Assembly (NCBI GenBank): GCA_012295275.1
Contig: CM022666.1
Location: forward strand, 1,054,001 to 1,118,000
Length of the DNA: 64,000 nt
Source: Chrysomallon squamiferum
Lineage: Eukaryota > Animalia > Mollusca
Direction of reading: 5' to 3'
The notes below the pieces were generated by a model. That model saw only the letters and a list, made by a program, of their open reading frames with translations. It was not told where the DNA came from and made no database searches. Numbering within the stretch: position 1 is the stretch's first letter; the number at the start of each line of letters is the position of its first letter. This document shows positions 1-12,340 of this stretch, in pieces. The position numbers and the translations under genes were made by a program.

Positions 1-3000
1 TGATTCAGAAATATTTTTTTTTAATTATTATTTTAAAAAAAAGATATAAGAAAAGATTTGAAATAGACAAACAATAACTAAATAAATAAAAAAATAAAAA
101 TCTGAAAGTCCACGATCTAAACAATTTAAGTAAAAAAGAAAAAAGAGAAAGAAAAAAAAGAGAGAGAGAGAGATAGATCAGTTTAAACATTTAGTTTCCT
201 TAGGAAATTATTTTTATTTATTAATCCTTACATGGGTGCAGTTCTGTTTCTTACAAAATAGGATGAAAAACGGTTACTATTTTATTAGGATTTTAAAAAC
301 AAAATTTAAAATTATATACTTATTTATTTATTAAAATAATTATAGATAATATATATATTCAGATGATGTAAATATATATATATTAGTAACACAATCATTT
401 AGCAGAGAGAATACACCTTTAAAGTGATTGGCAGTGTTACACAAAAAAGTCATAATATGTAATTAGAGCTGTGATTATGAGCTGTGTCAACTGAAGGTTA
501 CCACTGACTAGATAGGATTGTCTCACTGTCTGAGAGTAATGCTCAACAGTCTCATCAACTCACACTGTCTGCTCACTGCTCTCAGAATAACACCTGCGAC
601 AGTGAACAATAGAAAACACAGTCTCCACCTGATATAACATGCGACTAGCAGAAACTGTGGAATATTCTCAAACAGTCAGATGTCATCTGTAGTTATTATC
701 AGCTGAGGATTTATTTATAACCTTTTTTTTTCTCATTCTTATTAACCTTCTTTTTTTTTTTTATTAATAATTTTTCTTTCTTTATTTTTTTTTTTTTTTT
801 TTTTCATTATTTTCATTTTCCTTTGATTGATGAGATGAGAGAAAAAAGATGAAAAAAAAAAAAAAAAAGGAGGTGATATTTCGTGTTTAATTAATCATGA
901 AAGATTATTCTCACAGGTAAACAAAAGGTGTAGATGTCTTTTCTTTTTCATCTTTTTATCATGTGGAGTTATGTATTTTATTCATGACATTCTTAGAAGA
1001 AGAAAGAAATTAAAAAGCTTGGTAATCAATTATTGAGAAATTTTCACAGCACTCAGGACTTTGAACTCACTGAGGTACATGATCATCATATTGGAAATTC
1101 AGTTCTGTTTGCTGCCAAGCTCTGGAAGAAATCTCAACATGTGTTTTCATACCAGCTTTCATTGTGGTCATCTTTGTGTTTCCATGGAGGATATTTTGTT
1201 TTTCTTTGAGAAGTCTGTAGACTGATCTGACATGTAATCAAGGAAGTTTTCGTGGATCTTTACAGATTGTTTTTGTTCCTGTTCTTGCATTGATTTCTGC
1301 CGTGCTGTTCATTATTTGTTTCTGTAGAATGATTTTTTTTTTTTTTTTTTTTTTTTTAATTTTTAATATTAATTTTGTATATTCTGGTTTTGTGTAATGG
1401 AAGATGTGACAAACTCTCTGGTTTGCTTGCTGGGGTAAATTAAGTTAGTGTGAGGCCTAGCTGGATTTTAAGAAAGTTGTGGTGAGGATGTAAATGAAGC
1501 TGGGATGTCATGAATCTTTGATTACAGAATCAGTATCAAATATCATTTTTAAAAATAGTTGTTTTCTTTCTTGTTTGAAGATTGTCTTGTTTTAGAAAAA
1601 AATAGTACTTTCTGCAGAAGTTAATAATATGATGGAAGTAATCTGGTATATACTTATTTCACTTTGTACATAGTTTACTGTGAAAAACTTTGATGTAAAT
1701 ATATAAAATTTCTTCTTAAGGTAAATTCATTTTCTTAATGTTTCCTAAAACAAAACAAAAAACAAAAAAAAGAAGAAGAAGTAAAAAAAAAAGAAAATCT
1801 GGCTTACAGTATCTTACATAAAAATATTTTTTTTTTAAATTTCATTTCTTGTAATCAACAATTTATTAATATCTAAAATCTCATCTTTCAGCAGTTTTAC
1901 TTTTTTTTCAGCATCTTTCAAATATCAGAGAAGTATGTTTTTTTTTTCTGTTTATCCATATTTTGTAAACTCTGATCTCATGTAAACTTTTATCTCACTC
2001 ATAAAAAAAAAAATGATTAAAAAAAGACTTGACACTGAGATGATTAGATGACTTTTACATTAAACACAGGTTTTCTTTTGAGAAAACTTCTTTTACAGTT
2101 GTGTGTATTTTACAAAAATCTCTTTTTATTTGTCAGGCTGGACTAGATGGCTTGGGGTAAATCCAGATTAGTTTGTATTAGCAAAACAAACAAAATAAAA
2201 ATAAAAAACAGCTGAAAACCTCCACATTTTGTGTATCAGTTTTTTTTTTAAAATGCCAGTATGGACGATTTTAAGTTAAACATGACTTTTTTTTAAAGTA
2301 ATAAATTAGTCTTTTTATTGACATGAGAGCTTGCTTAATTTCGGAAGTATGGGCTTCTGTGATTTTTAAATAATTTTGTGTGATGAAAGCTGATGATTTA
2401 TAATTTAATGGTAATTATATAAGCATCTAAATGTAATTTGATACTTAATGTAAAAAACTGAAAATTGGAAAATGATGGGTTCTTTAATTCTGTTGAAAGT
2501 TTGTGTGACTGTTATATTAAGCATATGATGCAGCTGATTATCTTTTTAAATTTTTTTTTTCTAAATTTTAATACTTGTATTTATGAATTATCTTTGTAAA
2601 TAATTGCTCATAATTATGATAATATAAATTTTTATATATATATATATCTTTAAGTATATCCAAAAATATTGGACTGTCATTAACTTCAACTTTCTAATTA
2701 TTTGGCAACAAGTCTTTTAATGCATCAGATGTGTTTACCTCATGTAGTTTAATTTTCATATATTATTTAATAAAGATTGCTTCCATTTATAAATAAATAC
2801 AAATTTGTATTAAAGTTTTCTAAGCCAAACGTTTTTTATTTAAACTTTCTCAACATACAAATTTATATAAAAAATTTCTGAAGAAATGTAATTATTTTCT
2901 GATGAAAAATTTAGAAAATTGTTTTTGAAGAAAATGAGTTTATATCAAAATGTTATCAAAAATAGAATCTTCAGTAGCCATTTTTATAGGAATTCTACAT

Positions 3001-3050
3001 GATATCACCATGACATACTAACCATCATCATGTTACCAATTATCTTCAGA

Positions 3051-3064
3051 GTTGTCATGACAAC
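3051..3064. promoter_or_regulatory. Perfect palindromic RFX-type X-box (GTTGTCATGACAAC)
   Basis: 14-bp self-complementary sequence that fits the RFX/DAF-19 X-box consensus GTHNYY-AT-RRNAAC. Function not shown. Confidence 0.45.
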
Positions 3065-3094
3065 ACAGCTTTTTCATTTGAGGTTTGGATAATT

Positions 3095-3123
3095 TTATTA
3101 TCTTGCCATTTCTACAGGTGAGC
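3095..3123 (+). other. Strong 5' splice donor or juxtaposed acceptor/donor (recursive-splice-like) site
   Basis: ttattatcttgccatttctacAG|GTGAGC, with AG at 3116-3117 and GT at 3118. A pyrimidine-rich tract runs directly into a near-consensus donor. Confidence 0.4.
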
Positions 3124-3400
3124 TTCAAAGGAACCATTAGCATTGTGTTAATGTCTGTCTAATTAATGTCTACCTTTGATATAGTTTCTGGTCTCTGTTT
3201 TTGTATTAAAATAAAGTAAGGAATGAAATAAAAAAGTAAAGAGTGTGACATTTTCTCTTGATGCCATTTTGGAAAGGTAATAGAGAAACAAATCCTGACA
3301 GACTGAGTGTAGTATTTTTTTCAGTTAAACTTAATTTTTAGTGTCATTTTGTTTTTTAATAGATTATGTTTAAAAAATAAAAAAGAACATAAAATAAATA

Positions 3401-3434
<34 letters not shown>

Positions 3435-4083
3435 GAATAAATAAATAAATAATAATAACAAAAGTAATAATAATTGTTATAATAATAATCACTGAGATAT
3501 GAATAAGAAATAAAATAAATGTATCAAAAGGTTGGACAATGTTTATTTTGAGTTTTGTTATGTTGAGAGGATTACATTATGCTTCCACATACTAGATGGA
3601 TGGATTCAAATTTAAACAACAACAACAACAATAATAGAATAGCACTAATGATAATGTTGATTTTAATAATACTGAGAAGAATATTCTTTTTTTCAAACTA
3701 ACAAATAAGTATTTTTGTGTAGAGAGAAAAAAACTGTCATCATTCAAATGAGGTGTCATTATAAGAACTCTCTTTCATTTACAAGACATCACATACCACA
3801 ACCTTAACTGACTCATCCTGTACACCCTTGTTGGGAGGGGACACAACTCAGTAAAGGGAAGCAGGGAACGAGACTGGAAGCATATTCTTCTTTCTCTTTC
3901 GGCTGTGTAGACTGAATTAGCGAGCGTCTGGGTTATTTTGTAGTTGTATGGGAGTTGACTATGTTAAGTAAATGAGATTAGACTAAGTGTATTGGACATA
4001 CTGTACTGTAGTAAGCAAGTCACTGTGATGTATATGAGAAAATCTATTATCTGGGGAGTGTGCTTGTAATATTAAAACAAATT

Positions 4084-4121
<38 letters not shown>

Positions 4122-4354
4122 TGAGAGATTGAATCTTTTCAAAGTGTCTGATTTGGGTTGAGATAAAAGGAAGAAAATGTTTAGAACAGCTGTGTGTATT
4201 ATTTAACTGTTTTTTTTATGATAATTACTCGATAATTTTGTTTGTCTGTGAATATATTAAATGATCTGTCTATAAAATCATAGCAGAAAAAGTGAAATTT
4301 TTAATGGATATATCTAAACATAGTCTGATGCATATAGTAATAATTTATTATTAT

Positions 4355-4655
4355 ATAAAATATTATGCTGAAAGAGGAATGAAAGAATATAAGTTTATTA
4401 ATAATATATTAGACTAAAACAGTTGTGAAAGAATATGTCTATGATTATATGGAATATTAATAATATATTATGCTAAAAGAGAAATGAGAGAATATACCTT
4501 TCAGTAGACATATATTAATATTATACTAAAACAGGAATGAAAGAATATGTCTATCAGTATAACATATATTAATAACATATATATAACAGGAATGGAAGAA
4601 TATATCTATGACTACACATATATTAATAATAAATTATACTAAAACAGAAGTGAAA
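4355..4655. repeat. Degenerate tandem repeat, about 50-60 bp unit
   Basis: Recurrent 'atattaataa..attatactaaaacaggaatgaaagaatatgtctat'-like units, about 5-6 diverged copies. Confidence 0.65.
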
Positions 4656-4708
4656 AAAAAAAAAAAAAAAAAAAAAAATTTTTTAAAGGACAGCTCTATC
4701 TTCTTCAG

Positions 4709-4732
4709 ATGTGTCCTAGTTTGTCTGATTCA
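4709..4732 (+). CDS. Candidate 24-nt microexon (MCPSLSDS in phase 0)
   Basis: ctctatcttcttcAG|ATGTGTCCTAGTTTGTCTGATTCA|GTGAGT. Acceptor and donor are consensus-like and the length is a multiple of 3. Confidence 0.25.
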
Positions 4733-5089
4733 GTGAGTTTCTGTTGACTTCTTGACACGAGATTCTCAACACAGCCCACGATAAACTCTCTCTGTGTGCG
4801 AGCAAACTGGAGGAAAACTCCCAAAGTGTTTACACCATCTCTGTATAATTGTTTATAATTATTCTTTATCTCTCACACTATGGCCCTTCCAGCTGTCTCC
4901 TTGTTTATAAAGAAGTAGTGAGGAGAATTGCTCAGATTTGTTCACATGGTGTGAAACTGGGTTTGATGTTTCTAACTGGTTTCTCAAAAAAATACCTGTT
5001 GCTGTTTTTTTTGTTTGTTTTGTTATTGTAATTGTTCTTGCTGGTGTCTTTCTGGAAATTCTCGTGAGTTATTCAAATTGTTCTTAGAG

Positions 5090-5640
5090 TTAGAATTCCC
5101 AAGATTCTTTTCGGTGTTTATTCCAGTAATTTTTAGCATTACAGTTCCAGGGTGTTTGGTATGTTATTGCAATGATTTTTATAGTATTGTGATTCCAGAG
5201 TCTTTGATATATTATTTAAATGTTTTTTATAGTATTATAATTTTGGCGATCTTGATATATAACTGCAATGATTCTTAAAGTTATAATTCCAGAGTTGTTT
5301 CAGCACTGATTCCAGTAATTGTTACAATTATAATTCTAATATTATTATTGTTATTTTAGTGATTCTTATAGCATTATAATTTCAGCAGTTTTTGTATATT
5401 AACAGAATTAGTCTTCAAGTTTTAATTCCCAAGTTCTTTATTGTTTGAATGGTTTTTAGTATTATGATTCCAGTACCCTGGGTATATAATTTCATTGGTT
5501 TGTATAATATCATAAATCCTTTGGTTGTTAGATATTATTCAGACTGTTATTAGAATTACAATTCCAAAATTCTTTTCAGTAAATTGTTCTGGGTTATTTC
5601 AGTGGGTTTTTAAAGTTATAATGATTTCTGGAGACTTAGA
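5090..5640. repeat. Cryptic decayed short-unit repeat (attccag core, about 20-25 bp period)
   Basis: Many variants of '(t/g)attccag(t/a)..tt(c/g)tt..agcattat' recur across the interval. Confidence 0.5.
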
Positions 5641-6512
5641 AAAAGTTCCTGATACCTCACTGTAATGTTTCTTAGTGTTTCTTATTCCATTAGTTCTGTC
5701 AGTTTTATTGCTATATTTTCTGGTAATGACTGTTAAGAAAGGAAAGGTTTGTGTTGAAAACAAAGGTCGTGTTAAATTGAGTTCACAGGTTATTTTTAAA
5801 ATATGTTTTATCTATGCTGGCGAAGTCATTAGCTTGTTTTTATCTGAATGCTTTCAGTGTTTGTCTTTGCACTCTCTGCTTTCTTTTGTTTTTCTCTGAT
5901 CTTCACATAAGGAACATATAAGTCTACTCCATTTTAATCTCTCTCTCTCTCTCCTTTGAAGACTTTTCTTATTTGTTGTCCAACGAATTCAGCTTACTTG
6001 GTGTACTTTGATATTTGTTTGAACTGAGAATGATTAAATTAATAACTGATGTATTTTTATGAAAGGAAAGGATATTGTTTGCATTTCTTGTTCTGGTGTT
6101 GATTTTCATTTGTTTTGTGTGAATTCTTCTATGTAAATTGCCTTGTGAATAATTGTGAATTGACAGGTTTTTTATTTTTTAATCATTATTTAAGTAGGTT
6201 TTCTCTTGTGAATATACTTCTGTTGAATAGGTTCTTCTTTGTGAGTGAATTGAAATAAGGATGTTTTTGTTAAGAAAAAAACAAACAATAAAAAGATATT
6301 CTTTCTATGGAACAGTTCTGACTGTGTATTACTGATTGAAGGATATTTTTTTATTCAGCTTATTCGAGTGGGTTTTGTTTTGTGAATAATTCTGAGTGGT
6401 TCAGAGGACATGTTTGTTAATCGTATGTGAATATTTTGTGAATATTTCTTAGAGGATAATTTTGTTTTAAAAATTTCATTTTGTATTAGTAATTCTCCTG
6501 GTAATTGCACGC

Positions 6513-6558
6513 ACCCACACACCCACACACCCACACACCCACACACCCACACTCACAC
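6513..6558. repeat. (CACACACC)n octamer repeat followed by a CT/CA-rich tract to about 6730
   Basis: Directly visible: acccacacacccacacacccacac... Confidence 0.85.
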
Positions 6559-7369
6559 AATTCTCTCTCTCTCTTTCCCTCTCTCCCTCTTCTCCCTCTT
6601 TCCCTCATACTATCACACAAAAAAAAACCTCTGCTTTTTTCTTTCTCACTCTCACTCTCACTATCTCACACACACACACATAAAATAATCTCTGTCTTGC
6701 TCTCTCTCTCTCTCTCTCTCTAACACACAAATACAACAAATCTCTTTCTCACTTTCAAAACATCAGATCTCTTAACATTACTCTTTCTTTTCAGTGGCAT
6801 CTAAATTGAATTACAGGATATTTACAGAAGTGGTGCTGTGAAGACATTTTTAAAATCTCTGAAAACTCAGTAAAAAATAAAACACACACACACACAAAAA
6901 AACCCCACCAACCAACAACTTACAACCTAATACTTGTATGCTGGAAAATAACTTGATATCACATTTTCTTAATTGAAGATCTTTAAAAATAAAACTCAAG
7001 TGCTTTTTGACAAAAGGCAGTTGTTGGGTTTTGAAACATCTTCAGATTTTGTACATTTTTCTATAGCTTTATGACAAAAGAAAGTTGGCAGAGACTGAAA
7101 TATTGAAATGCAGATTTGTTTGGGGGTTTTATCTCACTGAAAAAAAACCCCTATAGTTTGTTTTGTGTAGAAGGAAGATTGGAAAAGGAAATTGGTTAAA
7201 TTTTTATAGACTTGGAAAAATTTTGTATAAAAAAATACTTCAGAGCTGTTTGTTACATTGGAAACAAAGCAGTTATTGACTTTTTTATTTTTAAATAAAC
7301 TCTCGGAAGAAAGTTTCTATTCAAAGTTGTGAATTGTACTCTTAGAAGGCTTCAAATTGGATATTAACT

Positions 7370-8300
7370 TTAATTGCTGGAAGATCTCGTAATATCGAAA
7401 TATAAATTTTTTTCTGCTGGTTTTGATTCAGACAGACTTTTAAGCAAGTTTGAAAAAGTGGACTCTGTGTTTTCAGAGCTGGTTCTGGATTAGATTTTAA
7501 GCAGTGGGAACAGACACTGGATCTAAACATTGCCTTTTCATAATTACTAAAATTTTGGATTAGACAAATCTTCAGTAATTGGAAGATTTTCTAATAAAAG
7601 TGTTTTTTTTTTTGTCTAAACACTTTCTGGGATGTTTAGATTTAGACTATAAGCAGTTGGCACAGACTTTGAAGTCAAAACATATTTTCACAAGATTTTG
7701 GATTAAAATAAATCTTTAATCTTTGGAAGACTTGTAATGTGTTGGGATGTTGTTTGAAATGTTTTGAATTAGAAATAAACTTTGACCATTTTGGAAGAAC
7801 TGTATTTGTGAATAAAGTTGTCTTCAGCTTTTTGATTTAAACTGTTGTGTTGTAAAATCTGGATATCACTGTTTTCAGTTGTTTAGAATTAGACATTTGG
7901 AAGAACTTGTAGTATTCTTGACACTTGCAGCTGATTTTGGAGTATTTAATGAATTGAAGAGCTTGTTGCAAAACCTGAATAATATATTTTCATGTTGATT
8001 TGATTAGACCTAATAAGAAAAAACGTTTCTGTGTCTAAACATTTTCACCAGATCTTGGATTAGACAAAAACTTTGACAACTTTGAAGAACTTGGGAAGTT
8101 AACAGAAACTTTTGTGTATTGTTTTGGGAAGAACTTGCTGAAATCTGAACATTCTCTCATCAGTTTGGAGTCAGAATAAACATTAAACCATTGGATGAAC
8201 TTATCATAAGTCATCATACTGTTTTCAGATAGCTTTGGATTTGACACTGATTTTATGCAAGTGCAAAAAGCTTTCTAAGTCTAAACATCTAGTTTTTATT
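7370..8300. repeat. Highly decayed tandem repeat, about 70 bp period
   Basis: Two motifs alternate: 'tttggattagac' variants (e.g. 7553, 7696, 7762, 7882, 8054, 8164, 8234) and 'ttggaagaactt' variants (e.g. 7579, 7722, 7790, 7897, 8081, 8191). Confidence 0.55.
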
Positions 8301-8469
8301 ATTATCATTAAACTGTTGAAGTCTTAACTTTACTGAAATAAGATTTTTGACATAGATTTCAAAGAACAGGACAGACTATTAACATATATTTAAAAAACAA
8401 AAACAAAAAAGTCAAGATGAATAAAATTCAGAAGCTGTGTAAGAAGGTCTTTCTTCTGGTAAAGCTGCC

Positions 8470-8494
8470 ATGGAAGAAGAAGTCCAAAAAGAAG
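8470..8494 (+). CDS. Candidate first coding exon MEEEVQKE(x), phase-1 donor
   Basis: Optimal Kozak context gctgccATGG and a perfect donor AAG|GTAAGT 25 nt later. Reading through the donor hits TAG two codons later. Confidence 0.5.
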
Positions 8495-10191
8495 GTAAGT
8501 AGACTGTTGATGTTGTTGTTGTAGTCGTTTTATATCTTCTTTGTTGGTAGAGGAACACTGTTGAAATTAAGAAATTTTTTTGCAAACCATTTAAACCATT
8601 ATACAAAGAATTTACAAAATATTAAATATGAGGTACGTTCCTGAATAATATATATCATCAAGACCACAGACCTACTGACAGTACTGCTGATATTAATACA
8701 GGCTGATCTTAATTCTAATTTAGCTGTGATAAATGTTTGTTAGTGCACTTGACTAGGTACAGTGTAATTTGGAAACCACAGTAATAAAGCCTGAGTATTT
8801 TCATATTAAACTGTCAGTGATAAATATTTGTCTTTTTAATTTAATATAAGAGAAAAAAACAGTCATTAAATTTATTTCTTACAGAACAGTAAATCAAAAG
8901 GTTTTTTTTTAAAATTATTTTAGCTATTTTTTGCACTGTATAATGTTAGTGTTATTTATGTAAGAAATGATCTGATATTGCATGCACACTTTATTAATAT
9001 ATTTAATGGTGTGTAAGTTAGTTTAAGAACATTATCTCTATTTTATTACAGTTTCAGTGAGTAGAACAGTAATTTATTTCCCTTATGCTTTGAAATCTTT
9101 TTGCTTTTTATTGACAAAGATTTCGTAACCCAGCTGTAACATAACTAATAAATCATCTCCCTTTTATGTTTGTAAGGATTTTTGTATTCCTGTTTATTGC
9201 TTGTTATATATATATTTACAGAATTATCAGCAATTTATTTTTAAAAAATAACTTAGGGTATGAGCATTGCTTCCATGGTATTCATCTTTACAAACATTGC
9301 ACTAAATTTAAAGCCTTATTAATTTGCTATTTAACAAAATTGCTTTTGTTAAATAAATGTGACAAATTGTCTCCCTTTGACTCATAAAGCTGCTCATTTC
9401 ATTGGTCACATTGGACATAAAAGAAAACAGCTCAGTACAAGTCAGGCACTCTCAGTTGTTACACTGACAGCATCATTTTGATTACTACATTTTTATGTAA
9501 AAATTACAGTTTTACACTAATTATTGAACCTTTATGAGTTTTCACACAAACAGTTACACATTTCTTATTTCCTTTTGAGTTATAAAATCTGATTATTTCT
9601 GATACAGCTGTTTGATAAAACAGAAACAACTGTTTAATAATATGCGATGCAGATTTGTGGGCGTAAATAAAGTTAGGAATAGAAGATTAACAGACATTTC
9701 ATTCGAATGTGTCATGTATTCATTTGTACACTGACTGTAATAAACATTATTTTAAAACTATATTGCAGATTTAAAATCCAGAATTATTTATATACATGTT
9801 GTTTTTTTTGTTTTTTTTTTTGTGTGTGGAGAGACTGAATATACAACAAAACAAAGCCATGACATAAAATTAAAACCAGAAATTTATGTTTAAATCTCTG
9901 ATAGAATTTTTGATATAATAATTATCTAACTTAATGTAGTTAACAAAACCAAATAATACAGATAAATTTAAATGATGTGTGTGTGAGTGTGTGTATGAGT
10001 GTGTGTATGTGTGTGTTTAAACTGTTGATAACGTCATCATGTCCGGTCACATACTCTGTAACAAAATAGGAGGAACCAACAGGATTTGAAATTAAATGAC
10101 GTGTTTGATTTCTAACCTGTTAGTGTATCTGTGTAGTGGTAACTAGGTGCAGGGGAACATTAGTCAGGCTGTGGAATTTGATTCCATCACT

Positions 10192-10229
10192 CACAGCACA
10201 GCACAGCACAGCACAGCACAGCACAGCAC
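10192..10229. repeat. (CACAG)n pentanucleotide microsatellite
   Basis: About 7 perfect copies. Confidence 0.9.
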
Positions 10230-10393
10230 CTCTCTGGTAGACTGGGCTGGGTGTCTTGTAATTCAGTACACAGTGCTGCTGTACCAAACTGGGTTAATGT
10301 TGTTCTCTATTTTTTTTATTGCCGTTTTGTGTATCAGTGCAAATTAGTCATTAGGTGCTGGTGTTTGTTTCAGTTGAAGTGTGTGAGTACTAG

Positions 10394-10395
<2 letters not shown>

Positions 10396-10457
<62 letters not shown>
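10396..10457. repeat. (TG)n microsatellite
   Basis: Perfect dinucleotide run. Confidence 0.95.
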
Positions 10458-10459
<2 letters not shown>

Positions 10460-10502
10460 GAAAATCTGTGTGATGGAATATCCACATATTTTTACTTAAC
10501 AT

Positions 10503-11118
10503 TACTGGTATAATGACAAATGTATTAGTTATGTGATAGTACAGGAATCCAAGTATTTATTTACTGGTATAATAACAAATGTATTAGTTATATGATAGTA
10601 CAGTAATCCAAGTATTTATTTACTGGTATAATAACAAATGTAAAAGTTATATGATAGTACAGGAACCCAAGTATTTATTTACTGGTATAATAACAAATGT
10701 ATTAGTTATATGATAGTACAGTAATCCAAGTATTTATTTACTGATATAATAACAAATGTATTAGTTATATGATAGTCTGGTAATCCATGTATTTATTTAC
10801 TGGTATAATAACAAATGTATTAGTTATATGATGGTACAGTAATCCAAGTATTTATTTACTGGTATAATAACAAATGTATTAGTTATATGATAGTACAGGA
10901 ATCCAAGTATTTATTTACTGGTATAATAATAAATGTATTAGTTATATGATAGTACAGTAATCCAAGTATTTATTTACTGATATAATAACAAATGTATTAG
11001 TTATATGATAGTCTGGTAATCCATGTATTTATTTACTGGTATAATAACAAATGTATTAGTTATATGATGGTACAGTAATCCAAGTATTTATTTACTGGTA
11101 TAATAACCAATGTATTAG
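10503..11118. repeat. 59-bp minisatellite, about 10.4 copies, with a 4-unit higher-order repeat
   Basis: Unit tactggtataataacaaatgtattagttatatgatagtacagtaatccaagtatttatt starts at 10503, 10562, 10621 ... 11093. Confidence 0.95.
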
Positions 11119-11438
11119 AAGGAACCCACATATTTATTTTCTAATTGGCAAGATGATATATTACCCAGACAACAACTTTATCAGATCTTTATCTCTTTCC
11201 ATCTAACCATGTTTGTAGACAAAACAAAAAAAAATTCAGATTCATTCTGATTGAGGTGAAACTCTAACATAGCAAGGTTCTGGATGATAAATGGACCTGT
11301 CTTCAAAATGAGATAGTTTTTATTTATTTATTTTTTTCTTTCTCTGTCATTTAATTTAGTCCTTTTTTTTTTTTTTTTTTTTTTCTTCATGCCTTTTTTC
11401 TTATTCTATTTTTAATATCTTTTTTTATTTAATTTAAA

Positions 11439-11470
<32 letters not shown>

Positions 11471-12258
11471 GATTAAAGAATTATGAAACAGAATGTGTGA
11501 GATTTTCCAGTGCTTCACTAGTGTGTTGTTTAGAAACAGGATAGTCACAGATGTTCAGTATCAGTTTCTTAGAAAGCTTGTTTGTAAGTTTGAGCAACAG
11601 AAACAAGAGCAGCAGTGTGAAGTGTAAAGCTTTGAAAGCTTGTTGTGATGTGACTGTTCTAGATAAAGCTTTTCTGGTTAATCATGTAACTAATTATCTG
11701 TATGATAAATAAATAAATAAATATATAAATAATTTGTAAGTTATATGTAGAGAGAAATAGTATCTAGTTCTATGAAAGCTTATAGGATTTTACAACAACA
11801 AAACAAAAAAAATTTGTTTAGTTAATTTTACAAATATTTTTATAAAAAGCTTATTCACGTAAAGCCTTATATGCATGATACAGAAAAAGACTAAGGAAGG
11901 TAATTTGAATAGAGGAACAAAAATCTGATTATAACTAGTAGCTAATTTGAGTATGAAGATACATATGAAGGTTAATTTGTTACAAAACTCATTTCAGTGT
12001 TGATAAAGATATGCAAGTTTTAATTACTTAGATTACTTGTCTGGATTTTATTTGACTCTAATGATAAAAACTAGCAAAACAGAAATAAAAGATATATTTA
12101 TATATATATATATATATATATTTAAAATGTGTTGAGTGTTTTGAACTGGATTTCCAGTCACTACTTGATCTGAACACTTAAATGGTGTACACTTACAATG
12201 ACATGGCAGCTTTCTGTGGATTAAAATCATGACTGTGTGGCCAAAAACCCTCAAACAC

Positions 12259-12291
<33 letters not shown>

Positions 12292-12293
12292 AA

Positions 12294-12340
<47 letters not shown>
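12259..12340. repeat. Compound (CAA)n(TAA)n(TTA)n microsatellite
   Basis: Directly visible. Confidence 0.9.

Larger units (their letters stand above)
6795..8494 (+). other. Candidate long 5'-UTR exon ending in a short coding start
   Basis: Acceptor ctctttcttttcAG at 6793-6794, then about 1.7 kb nearly free of microsatellites, ending at GAAG|GTAAGT. Continuity as a single exon is inferred. Confidence 0.3.

Noticed and set aside
1397-1440. Short ATG ORF MEDVTNSLVCLLG with GG|GTAAAT
   Set aside because: Weak donor and no supporting codon bias; indistinguishable from background.
10503-11118. Regular arrays here and at 49337-49801 and 61026-62024 as CRISPR
   Set aside because: Units are contiguous with no unique spacers, there are no cas genes, and the context is eukaryotic. 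They are minisatellites.
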